This document shows, in pieces, positions 7,828 to 16,166 of a stretch of 47,348 nucleotides of DNA (positions are counted from its first letter, which is position 1; each line of letters opens with the position of its first letter). The position numbers and the translations under genes are program-made. This stretch comes from a virus (taxonomy: Duplodnaviria; Caudoviricetes), in IMG/VR virus record IMGVR_UViG_3300043171_000157, positions 1-47,348 of that record; one strand, given 5' to 3'. Under the pieces are notes generated by a model that ran no database searches, had not been told where the DNA came from, and saw only the letters and a program-made list of their open reading frames with translations.

Positions 7828-7961
7828 ATAGTGTGTAGATAGTTTAATAATCCAATAGGATAGAACACCTTATAAGTCTAGCTGAACGGTTCATGCAAGA
7901 ACTTATTAAATAGATACGGGAAATGTTGGTAACTGCAATAAAATCCAACACTACACACTAT
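7828..7961 (+). ncRNA. Intergenic structured RNA element
   Basis: Perfect 11-bp closing stem ATAGTGTGTAG/CTACACACTAT with internal helices. Confidence 0.55.
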
Positions 7962-8106
7962 TTAGAGTTTGACAATAACGTCAATAATAAGGAGATATAT
8001 TATGGAATTATTAGCAGGAGTAATAATTGTAGCGATAGTAGTAATGATAATTTTCTAAGTATTATGGGTTTATGGTATTCCTAGTGGTGATGCGCTGAAA
8101 ACCACC

Positions 8107-8269
8107 TTTGAGTCTCTTTAGGCTCTATATGTAAGCAGTGAGGTGGCAATAAGAATAGTTAACGGCTAAGGGTGACTACATACATTAAGACTCTGTATTG
8201 TAACACGACTAGACAAGAACTGTGTGAGCCTAAGTACCGTATTGCATATAGCGTCTAAAAAGACCCAAA
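8107..8269 (+). repeat. Conserved-stem hairpin element 3
   Basis: TTTGAGTCTCTTTAGGCTCTATATGTAA...TTGCATATAGCGTCTAAAAAGACCCAAA, 28-position stem. Confidence 0.85.
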
Positions 8270-8291
8270 CAACTAAACAGGTAGGTAGCAA

Positions 8292-8540
8292 ATGGCTAGT
8301 ATTATAGCTCAAAAAGTTAAACACCAACAGGCCGGTAATATATTTGATAATATATGTGCCATACAGACACGGATTGAAATAGCTAAACAATCACAAGTAA
8401 CTCAAAGAGAACGTGATAATATGGAGTCACTAGTAGGCGAGCTAGGTGTTGAACTTGAAAGGTCACGGAATTGTAAAAGCAGAAAACAAGTAAGAAGAAT
8501 GTTTGCAAATCGCTTTGATTGTACAGCACAAAAGTTATAA
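8292..8540 (+). CDS. Early hypothetical protein
   Basis: 82 aa, AGGTAGGT upstream. Confidence 0.75.
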   Translation: MASIIAQKVKHQQAGNIFDNICAIQTRIEIAKQSQVTQRERDNMESLVGELGVELERSRNCKSRKQVRRMFANRFDCTAQKL

Positions 8541-8929
8541 CCCAAAAGGGAGTGTGATACATGAATCAAATCAGAGCACCAAACTAGTATAAAATATACT
8601 ACCCCAATATAAAAAAACGGGGCCAAACTGAGACTTATAACCGCAAGATAAGTATAATTGGGCTTATGATAGTATTCACCTACAGCAGGGAGTACTATCA
8701 CAAGACCAATAACCAAGGGCGTATTATGATGATTGTTAATTGCGGGTCTTTTGTTCGTTTTTATACAAACAAGGGTGAGTATTTCACACTATTGGCCCAT
8801 AAGCCAGAACCGCTAAAACCGTTCAACTTATATAATGCTAAAACATTAAGTCTTATTAGTGGGTGCTTAAATGTGCATAATGCTAAAAGGTTAATAGAAA
8901 TATACGAATTAAATAAATAAGGGCGTATC

Positions 8930-9112
8930 ATGGCTAAATGTTCAATATGTAATAATTGTAGCAATAGGTGCATCTATAGCAATGGAAAAACCATTAGTAT
9001 AGACCTAAGAAACACAATTAGAGCTTTAGAGAATTTTGAGGATTGTCCACCAAATGAGAGAGAATTTTACAAAGGGGCGTCATTTGGTAGTAGAGGAGGG
9101 CCGGACTCGTGA
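8930..9112 (+). CDS. Cys-rich mini-protein
   Basis: CSICNNCSNRC motif; GTGA coupling to the next gene. Confidence 0.6.
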   Translation: MAKCSICNNCSNRCIYSNGKTISIDLRNTIRALENFEDCPPNEREFYKGASFGSRGGPDS

Positions 9113-9333
9113 GCTTAGATAGTATTCAGACAATACAGAACAAATTATATGGCAGAACTAAATCTGCTCACAGTGCTCTTTGTATTGATTTGAGAGAGGA
9201 TTATGTTGTTAATGTATTAAAAGCGTCTATAAGCATATATAGGGGTCAAATGGGCTATAAGTATGCCGAAAGATGGATTTTAATAGGATTGGGTGTTGAT
9301 AGCGAAAAACCGCTCCCACACCCAATGGAATAA
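9109..9333 (+). CDS. Hypothetical protein
   Basis: GGAGG SD, GTG start. Confidence 0.6.
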   Translation: MSLDSIQTIQNKLYGRTKSAHSALCIDLREDYVVNVLKASISIYRGQMGYKYAERWILIGLGVDSEKPLPHPME

Positions 9334-9349
9334 ATAAATAAAATAGTAC

Positions 9350-9458
9350 TTGACTTTTGAGTATTAATAACTTAACTTAAATAAGACTTAATAAATAAGT
9401 TAAACGGTAAATTTTGATTAATTAATCGCTTGACTTTCAAACAAAAATAATGTAGTTT
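9350..9458 (+). promoter_or_regulatory. Two tandem sigma70-type promoters
   Basis: TTGACT-N17-TAACTT (9350) and TTGACT-N17-TAGTTT (9430). Confidence 0.7.
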
Positions 9459-9501
9459 AAATAAGAGACAACATTAAAACGATAAACAGGTAGGTAAAAA
9501 A

Positions 9502-9747
9502 ATGAAAGGTGAATTTATAGTAGATGGCAAAAAGCTAAAAGAGCAAAAGCCGGCATTAACACTTAGAGAAATGAAAAAGTGTGAATTTTTTCTCGGAACT
9601 TACAGCAAAAATCAACACTTAATCTATAAAGATAAAAACGGTTTTTGTACGTCATTAACAAACGGACAACAACTTGGAAATGACAATAGTGGCGTTACCA
9701 ATGTTGTCAATCACAAGAAAGTGACTATTGATATTGTAACAAAGTAG
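9502..9747 (+). CDS. Hypothetical protein
   Basis: 81 aa, AGGTAGGT upstream. Confidence 0.7.
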   Translation: MKGEFIVDGKKLKEQKPALTLREMKKCEFFLGTYSKNQHLIYKDKNGFCTSLTNGQQLGNDNSGVTNVVNHKKVTIDIVTK

Positions 9748-9936
9748 GTGGGCGTGAAAACAAACTTACCAACAGTATTTAAGTTAATGAATTTAGATAC
9801 TGTTGAAAAAATAAATAAAAGACTGTTGGGTAATTTTGAAGATGTAGAACGATACCAAGATGGCATGCTTAAAAAATTGCAAGAAAACAATTGCATTATG
9901 GCTCTAGTTAAAGAGCACAATGTAGAATTAAAATAG
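9748..9936 (+). CDS. Hypothetical protein
   Basis: ORF packed between neighbours. Confidence 0.55.
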   Translation: MGVKTNLPTVFKLMNLDTVEKINKRLLGNFEDVERYQDGMLKKLQENNCIMALVKEHNVELK

Positions 9937-10076
9937 GTAGGTAGGTATGAAAGATAAGAGAATGAAGATTAGAATAGTTAGTAAAGGCTCTAAGAAGAAA
10001 GCCTCAAAAATTAAAAAGAATCAATCATCAATTGAGGCATACAGAGAGTGGCAAATACACAACAAAGTAGTATGCA

Positions 10077-10226
10077 TTGGATGGTGATAAGAGCTTGATA
10101 GCGGCCACTTGTCCGAACTGTGGATATGTATACTATGATGATCTTTATGAGGAGTGCCCGAGCTGTGGTGGCCTCAATGAATCAGATGTAGAGCTATTAG
10201 GTGATGATTGTGAAGAACACTGGTGA
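10077..10226 (+). CDS. Acidic zinc-ribbon/rubredoxin-like mini-protein
   Basis: Manual translation ...TCPNCGYVYYDDLYEECPSCGG...; start uncertain (TTG). Confidence 0.6.
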   Translation: MDGDKSLIAATCPNCGYVYYDDLYEECPSCGGLNESDVELLGDDCEEHW

Positions 10227-10232
10227 TTGCGA

Positions 10233-10350
10233 CAGAGGATTGATGGTGAAAGCCATGCATTAATTGGGCTCAAGACCTGACCTCTGACCAAGTTTCGGTG
10301 CGGGCAACGTAGTTTGTTTAAGGGATTTTCTGAGCTACGCCCGTTGCCGA
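10233..10350 (+). ncRNA. GC-rich structured RNA (junction plus long hairpin)
   Basis: CAGAGG/CCTCTG encloses ATGGT-GAAA-GCCAT; then TCGGTGCGGG..CGTAGTT pairs with AGCTACG CCCGTTGCCGA. Confidence 0.6.
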
Positions 10351-10443
10351 CATTTAGTTTCTTTAGGTATCGCCGGTTACAGCGATTGTACGCTAGTTAT
10401 AAAGAAAGGTACGTCGACCATCGGTATCTAAAAAAATTAAATG
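10351..10443 (+). repeat. Conserved-stem hairpin element 4
   Basis: CATTTAGTTTCTTTAGGTATCG...CGGTATCTAAAAAAATTAAATG, 22-position stem. Confidence 0.85.
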
Positions 10444-10466
10444 GAATAAAAAAAGGAGTAAATAAA

Positions 10467-10733
10467 ATGAGTGGATTAATAATATTTTTAATATACATAG
10501 CAGTGGTGCTAATTGGAACTATAATACTTGGCATGATTTGGGATAAATTAAGGCATGATCAGGACGAACTTGCTGTTGTCATCCTTGTCTTATGGCCGTT
10601 TGCATTAACCTTAATTCCACCATGTTGGCTTATATATTTCATATTCAAATCTCTCTTTACATTTGGAGAGTTGTTGGGTGAGAAAATATCAACGGCATTT
10701 AAAAAGGTTGTGAGAAGCGCTAGTAAATACTAA
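10467..10733 (+). CDS. Two-TM membrane protein
   Basis: AAGGAG SD before ATG 10467; two hydrophobic segments with LWP motif. Confidence 0.75.
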   Translation: MSGLIIFLIYIAVVLIGTIILGMIWDKLRHDQDELAVVILVLWPFALTLIPPCWLIYFIFKSLFTFGELLGEKISTAFKKVVRSASKY

Positions 10734-10745
10734 AATGGAGACAAT

Positions 10746-11048
10746 ATGTTAAGGTCAATAAGAAAACCAACAAAGAAACCCAATGAAGAGATATTGGAGA
10801 TTACACTTAAAGACGTTGAGGAAGAAATTAGGTGCGGATATATGTATGGCAGTAGAGACAATAAGGGTAATGTTGTTTTATATTTGCCAGATTATAGGTC
10901 TAGCACAGGGGTAATAAATATCGTGTATATTGGCAAGAAAAGCGACGGGGGTCTTTCAATTGAATCGGTTGGTGAATTACTTAAAAACGACTATAAGGAT
11001 AAAATACTTAAAAAGATAGGCTCTTATAGAGATATTGGGCTATTATGA
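10746..11048 (+). CDS. Early paralog family member A
   Basis: EITLKDVEEEIRCGYMY...KILKKIGSYRDI. Confidence 0.7.
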   Translation: MLRSIRKPTKKPNEEILEITLKDVEEEIRCGYMYGSRDNKGNVVLYLPDYRSSTGVINIVYIGKKSDGGLSIESVGELLKNDYKDKILKKIGSYRDIGLL

Positions 11049-11317
11049 GCAAGGAATTTAAAGAGGCTATACAACCCTATAAAGACGCTATAATGAGAGC
11101 GCAAAAGATGAAAGTAATTTGTAAGAAACAGATAGCAATAGAGAATGATATAATAGTGAGGGCACAAGATGAAATATCAAAAATTGCGATTGCGGAAAAT
11201 AGAAAAGATGCGTGACATTGAAATAACTAAAAATAAAATGTATGTTAAAGAAACTATAATATCTACATTAATAATGCTAACCTACTTTGGTGGATTGGTA
11301 TGGGTGGGGTTTAATAT

Positions 11318-11575
11318 ATGAACGTAGAATTTTATGTAATATATGTAGAACATAGTGACCCAAAGTGGGCACATGTTGATGTTGATGGATATTTAAAAGG
11401 CTCTGGATGGAGTAAGAAAGAAGTTAAAGACATTGAGAAGGCTAATAGATACCCAACATTTAAAGGTGCTGATATGGCTTCCGATAAGCTAAAATGGAAT
11501 TATTCATTAAGAAGCCCGAAACCTAAAATAGAAACAAGAAAGTATGTTGGTACGGTTGAAAGGGTGGAATTATGA
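11318..11575 (+). CDS. Hypothetical protein
   Basis: 85-aa ORF, ATGA-coupled to the next gene. Confidence 0.65.
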   Translation: MNVEFYVIYVEHSDPKWAHVDVDGYLKGSGWSKKEVKDIEKANRYPTFKGADMASDKLKWNYSLRSPKPKIETRKYVGTVERVEL

Positions 11576-11766
11576 ATGTACGGAATCTAATAGAGCGACT
11601 TATGTTAGTAGAAAACAAAGAGTCTAAAATATTTGTTTATGATGAAAATATTGCCGACGAAGGGAAGGTAAATCCTAGAAACCACATAAGTTTTGTTGAT
11701 GATTTAAGCAACAAAGAGACTCAATTTGGACTTGTTGATGTTGTTATAAATTTTAGAGGTGGATGA
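11572..11766 (+). CDS. Hypothetical phage protein
   Basis: MNVRNLIERL N-terminus of the common phage MTVxELIxxL type. Confidence 0.7.
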   Translation: MNVRNLIERLMLVENKESKIFVYDENIADEGKVNPRNHISFVDDLSNKETQFGLVDVVINFRGG

Positions 11767-11861
11767 TGATATATTTATTATTAATGTTACCATGTGTAAC
11801 CGGATTTATAATTGGTGCAATGGTAGCGGTAGTGGAGATAGTATTAACAAGGTAGGAACGT

Positions 11862-12152
11862 ATGAGAAAAGTTATAGGTCACGCCAATAGGGTTGAAACC
11901 TTTGAAGCGACAAGTGAAGAAGTAATAGAAGGTATACTTAATGGTGATTTATACTGCTATAAAACCATCTGCGGTTGTTGGCTATATGTTAAAATGTATG
12001 TGGGCGGAGGCAACAAGACTGAGATAAAATGCCTTAGTGTTCCAAGTTTTTCAATATATTACAACTCCGATTTTTCAATAAGAGAGACAATGCAGAATAG
12101 AATTAATGAGGGTACAATATATAAGATAGACTCCATTAAAGAGCTATTATAA
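11862..12152 (+). CDS. Early paralog family member B
   Basis: EATSEEVIEGILNGDLY...NEGTIYKIDSIKELL. Confidence 0.7.
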   Translation: MRKVIGHANRVETFEATSEEVIEGILNGDLYCYKTICGCWLYVKMYVGGGNKTEIKCLSVPSFSIYYNSDFSIRETMQNRINEGTIYKIDSIKELL

Positions 12153-12164
12153 AAGTAGGTAGGT

Positions 12165-12473
12165 ATGCAAGTATTAAAGAGAAAGTTTAAGACCTGTTTT
12201 AGTGAGAAAAAAGAAACACTTAAACAAGTAAAAGAAAACATATTTAAATATCCTAGATCACTGTATGTTCATTCTTGGAATAGTAGGTTTGTATATATAG
12301 CTAATGATGACGATAAGACAATAAGTTGCATAAACATAGACGCCCCATTAATGTATAAACAGTCTCAAGTATTAAGAGAGCTTGAGAAAGATTTTAATGA
12401 GGATAAACTAATAAAAGTTTCCTCACTTAAAGAAGCGTTTAGAGTGCCAAAACATTTACATTATAACAGGTAG
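12165..12473 (+). CDS. Early paralog family member C
   Basis: KETLKQVKENIFK..SLY...NEDKLIKVSSLKEAF. Confidence 0.7.
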   Translation: MQVLKRKFKTCFSEKKETLKQVKENIFKYPRSLYVHSWNSRFVYIANDDDKTISCINIDAPLMYKQSQVLRELEKDFNEDKLIKVSSLKEAFRVPKHLHYNR

Positions 12474-12479
12474 GTAGAA

Positions 12480-12755
12480 ATGAATCAAGAAGAAATGGAA
12501 AAGAAAATTATATCCATGCAAGTAGTATTGGATGGACAAACAAATTTACTAAAGACAATTACTAAGTTAATTGCGGGTAATGACACAAATATGACTAAGG
12601 TGGCAAACTCTATGTTGCTATCAGCTAAAGCCATAAGTGCTTTACAGAAATTAGTTAAACACCAAAGTGAAAAGATAGAAGTACAGAGTACAATCCTATC
12701 AATTCATGGGCTTACAGACATACTGGGAGGTGATGGAGGTGGTGAAAGCACTTAG
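12480..12755 (+). CDS. Coiled-coil hypothetical protein
   Basis: Heptad-like pattern; AGGTAGGT upstream. Confidence 0.7.
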   Translation: MNQEEMEKKIISMQVVLDGQTNLLKTITKLIAGNDTNMTKVANSMLLSAKAISALQKLVKHQSEKIEVQSTILSIHGLTDILGGDGGGEST

Positions 12756-12956
12756 GTACACTAGTGTTCTATGCTCTAAGGTAAGGGCTAAGAGGGCACA
12801 AAGAGTACAATCAGATAAGACTATTAATATGATGAAACCGGCGTTGAATCACCAATTCCATCTATTAAGATTCTTACAGGAGCACCCTATGTATAGGGCT
12901 GATTGTGTAATGTTGCATAATAATCATTACTCTCCAAAAATTAATTAATTATTCGC

Positions 12957-12985
12957 TTGACTTTTCAAGTAAAATAATTTATATT
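12957..12985 (+). promoter_or_regulatory. Sigma70-type promoter
   Basis: TTGACT-N17-TATATT. Confidence 0.8.
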
Positions 12986-13183
12986 ATATAAGAGGCTTTA
13001 AACATTAAATGTTTGGCTTTAAAAAATTAAACGGTAGGTAGTTATGGCGGTTCAAGAAAATAAACCGGATCTAAAATTTAGATTAACGCTGTTAAGAATA
13101 TTTATTGAGACTCTTGAGTCAAAAGGTAAAATAACAGCAGAAGAGAGAAGTTACATGGTTAGTCTCTTTGATAAGGAGGGATA

Positions 13184-13807
13184 ATGTTTAAGGTAGGTGA
13201 TGAGATTATAGTAGTTGACGAAAATGATAATAGTGGAACAACTGGATATAAGGGTGTTATTATCAATGAAGAAAACAATAATTATTGGACAGTAAGGTTT
13301 GATGAGTGGTATAATGGCCATGGCGATGGCTATAGAAATTGGAATATTAGTGGTGAAGAGTTAATGCTCTTGAAAGATTATGTACCGCCAAAGGTAAGTA
13401 AAAGACCTAAGCCAAAGATAAGGTTTAAGACTGAGATGGATATGGCTCAAGAGTATGGTGAGCATTGGCGTAAAAAAAACTACTGGCAAAGTAGCATGGA
13501 TCGCTTACACGGTAAGTACTTAAACGGCGAACAATATGATGAGGCATATAGGCTAATGATTAAGGGCAAGCCCTTTGCTAGGGGTTGGTTTTTCCGTAGA
13601 AGTGAATATGGTGGAGAAGAAAACAGAAGCCATGATATAGCATATACCTCACTAGAGTTTGTGTATGATGCGAAAAGAGAGGAGCCACCGAAACACACTT
13701 GCTCATACTGTTTTAAAGGAATAACAAAACGGCAACACATAAAGAATAAGGGATTATGCAATGGTCACGTATGGTCACTATCTAGTAAGGTTTTAACCAA
13801 GGTATAG
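13184..13807 (+). CDS. SH3-like N-terminal domain plus C-terminal Zn finger
   Basis: MFKVGDEI...GYKGVI...VRFD; PKHTCSYCFK...GLC. Confidence 0.7.
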   Translation: MFKVGDEIIVVDENDNSGTTGYKGVIINEENNNYWTVRFDEWYNGHGDGYRNWNISGEELMLLKDYVPPKVSKRPKPKIRFKTEMDMAQEYGEHWRKKNYWQSSMDRLHGKYLNGEQYDEAYRLMIKGKPFARGWFFRRSEYGGEENRSHDIAYTSLEFVYDAKREEPPKHTCSYCFKGITKRQHIKNKGLCNGHVWSLSSKVLTKV

Positions 13808-13943
13808 TATGAAGTGTGTAATATGGATAAACGAACAAACATTACAATTAGCTCTGTGTGTATGGAGCTTAATTTGAGGCTCTTAGAGTATCTTAACGGG
13901 TATTCTAAAAACCCCAAATCACACAAAAATAGGAGGTCGTGAT

Positions 13944-14291
13944 ATGAAGGCAAAACTGGTAACAAGACCAAAACCTGCATTGGAAGTAGTTGCAGAAACA
14001 ATGGCAGATGTTGAGGCAAACATCAAAAATGGTATTGCATATGCAACCACTCGAAAGAGCGGAAGCCTATCAATCTATTCCTTTAACAGAAGCTCGGGTC
14101 AAATCGTTGCTCTCTATCAGGATTCCGGTACTGCCGATCCTAAAGAGACAGGAAAGATCAAGGCTAAGGGTACTCACAAGAACAAAGTGAAGACCATTAA
14201 TGTTGAAGAGTCTCTTCAAGAGGCCTATGATCAAGAGCGTTTGATCAAGCTAGACAATTTAACAGAACACTTTGTGTTCCCAACTACTTAG
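13944..14291 (+). CDS. Early paralog family member D
   Basis: AETMADVEANIKNGIAY...DQERLIKLDNLTEHF; AGGAGGT SD. Confidence 0.75.
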   Translation: MKAKLVTRPKPALEVVAETMADVEANIKNGIAYATTRKSGSLSIYSFNRSSGQIVALYQDSGTADPKETGKIKAKGTHKNKVKTINVEESLQEAYDQERLIKLDNLTEHFVFPTT

Positions 14292-14345
14292 GAGTAAGTA
14301 GAAATACTAATCAGTATTGAGATTAGCACCCTCAATACTTATACT

Positions 14346-14418
14346 GTTCCTGTCATCTAACTGGCTAGGATATCAGGTTTTCAACCTGACAATTAAGGTT
14401 CGAATCCTTACGGGAATA
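14346..14418 (+). tRNA. tRNA-Glu(TTC)
   Basis: GTTCCTG/CGGGAAT acceptor, TCAGG-TTTTCAA-CCTGA, GGTTCGAATCC. Confidence 0.92.
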
Positions 14419-14453
14419 TTTAATATGTATAACAATAAAATAGGTAGGTGTGA

Positions 14454-16166
14454 ATGTATCGTTTTGGAATATTAAATTTTGATGGATGTTCATCAAACGA
14501 GAGGAAAGAAAAAATAGTAGAAATGCTAATATTTATGACCACAAAAAGCGTGGCTGTTAACGGTAGCGAGACTATTAATTTGGTTGAAAATAAGAGTCAC
14601 TTTTTCGAGCATGAAACTACTTACTTGGCGTTTCAGGGTGGATCGAGCTACTGTGAATTGAGATCAACAAACAGAACAGTCACAAACAAAAAAGAGATAC
14701 AATATTTGTTGGGGGGAAATTACTATAGTTCCGATGTTAGGGAAAGTAAAATCAGCACAATAAGTACAATGGATGAACTAAAAGAATTTATTGATCAATT
14801 TGAAAAACTCAATGGAAAGGGAAGGCGGTTAAATAGAAGTCGAAGATATGAGGAATTTGAGAACCAAATATCGTCAGATATGAGAACCGGTAGAAATAGG
14901 CTTGAAACCGATTTTGACTTCATAGATTTTGATGCCGAAGATTCAAAAATGATTTCGGTTGTTAATAAGTCGAGGTACGATAAAGTTGGCGAGGATTTTT
15001 ATCTTCCATCAATGAGAAAGTCGGTTGCCGTAAAGATGAAACCGGGAAAGTTCTTTAAAAAATTATATCCAGATGCCACTGCAAAATGGTGTGAGGATTT
15101 TGCCACACAAGTGAGGCTAATAAACAGGGATGAAAAAGATTTTAAACTGGAAGTTAGAAAAGATGTTAGATTTTGTTACGATGAAAAGAATTATGGAGCT
15201 AATAAAGGACAGCTAGGAAGCTCCTGTATGAAGCACTCCAATAAAAATCATTTCATGGAATTTTATGAGGGTAACAATGTTAAGGTGTTAGCTTTAATGG
15301 CCTTTGGTAAGGTGTTTGGGAGGGCATTGCTATGGGATGATGTACACTTTAAAGACCTTAAAAAAGATGGGAAATATATGGATAGGGTGTTTATGAGCAA
15401 CTCTATGGACACTGCATTATTTAATAAGTGGGCTATTGATAATGGATATTATCACAGGGATACATCTGGAAGAACAAGTGGACTGCACAATCCAAAGGGT
15501 GATCCTGTAAAATCAGCTATTATATTTTCAAACAAAGGAAACTTAAATACTGAATACGAGGTTTTTCCATACCTAGATACATTTGGGAGTATGTCACTTG
15601 ACAAGAGTGAGTTATCAAGTGTGACTCTTAAATATCATTGGAGCATGAGATCAACGGGGGGTACGATAAATCACAATGGTAGATGGAGTAAGTATTATAA
15701 AGAAGCTCTTGAACCTGAAAAAAGTGTTAGGTCGGAAGAACTTAATGATAATATCAAGAAGGAGCTTGCTGTTGTCATAGAGGATGAAGAGTATGAAGAT
15801 ACATTTTTTATGCCGGATGATCATGGTGACATTGTTACCATTGGTGATAAAAATTATTTGAAAACCTTTGCCAGTGTTCTTTATAGTAAACATGAGGAAG
15901 AACACTTCCTTAGAAATGACAGGAACTTTGTGTTCTCGAAAAGTAAAGATGATTGGATTCCTAGAAATGTATCAATATTTTCTAAGCATCACAATGATTG
16001 GATGTTATTTGAAGATGCGGTATTTGTCCACTGCACAGACTCTTATTATAATAAGAGCGAGGTTGGTGTGAGTATATTTGAACATGAGGAAACTTATGTT
16101 ACAAAAGATGAAATGAAAAAGATTGAATGGGCAAAAGAGTTTCAAATAAAAATGGAGTTAGCATGA
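14454..16166 (+). CDS. 570-aa phage protein of unknown function (SCM / GRALLW / MDRV / PYLDT motifs)
   Basis: Motif set recognisable from uncharacterised phage proteins, C-terminal short repeats, ATGA-coupled to the peptidase. Confidence 0.7.
   Translation: MYRFGILNFDGCSSNERKEKIVEMLIFMTTKSVAVNGSETINLVENKSHFFEHETTYLAFQGGSSYCELRSTNRTVTNKKEIQYLLGGNYYSSDVRESKISTISTMDELKEFIDQFEKLNGKGRRLNRSRRYEEFENQISSDMRTGRNRLETDFDFIDFDAEDSKMISVVNKSRYDKVGEDFYLPSMRKSVAVKMKPGKFFKKLYPDATAKWCEDFATQVRLINRDEKDFKLEVRKDVRFCYDEKNYGANKGQLGSSCMKHSNKNHFMEFYEGNNVKVLALMAFGKVFGRALLWDDVHFKDLKKDGKYMDRVFMSNSMDTALFNKWAIDNGYYHRDTSGRTSGLHNPKGDPVKSAIIFSNKGNLNTEYEVFPYLDTFGSMSLDKSELSSVTLKYHWSMRSTGGTINHNGRWSKYYKEALEPEKSVRSEELNDNIKKELAVVIEDEEYEDTFFMPDDHGDIVTIGDKNYLKTFASVLYSKHEEEHFLRNDRNFVFSKSKDDWIPRNVSIFSKHHNDWMLFEDAVFVHCTDSYYNKSEVGVSIFEHEETYVTKDEMKKIEWAKEFQIKMELA

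Noticed and set aside
6103-10443. CRISPR array or integron attC sites
   Set aside because: The elements are dispersed inverted repeats rather than regularly spaced direct repeats. They lack RYYYAAC/GTTRRRY ends, and no cas or integrase gene is seen.
13190-13200. AGGTAGGT inside the 13184 gene
   Set aside because: It encodes K-V-G of the FKVGD motif, so it was not counted as an RBS.
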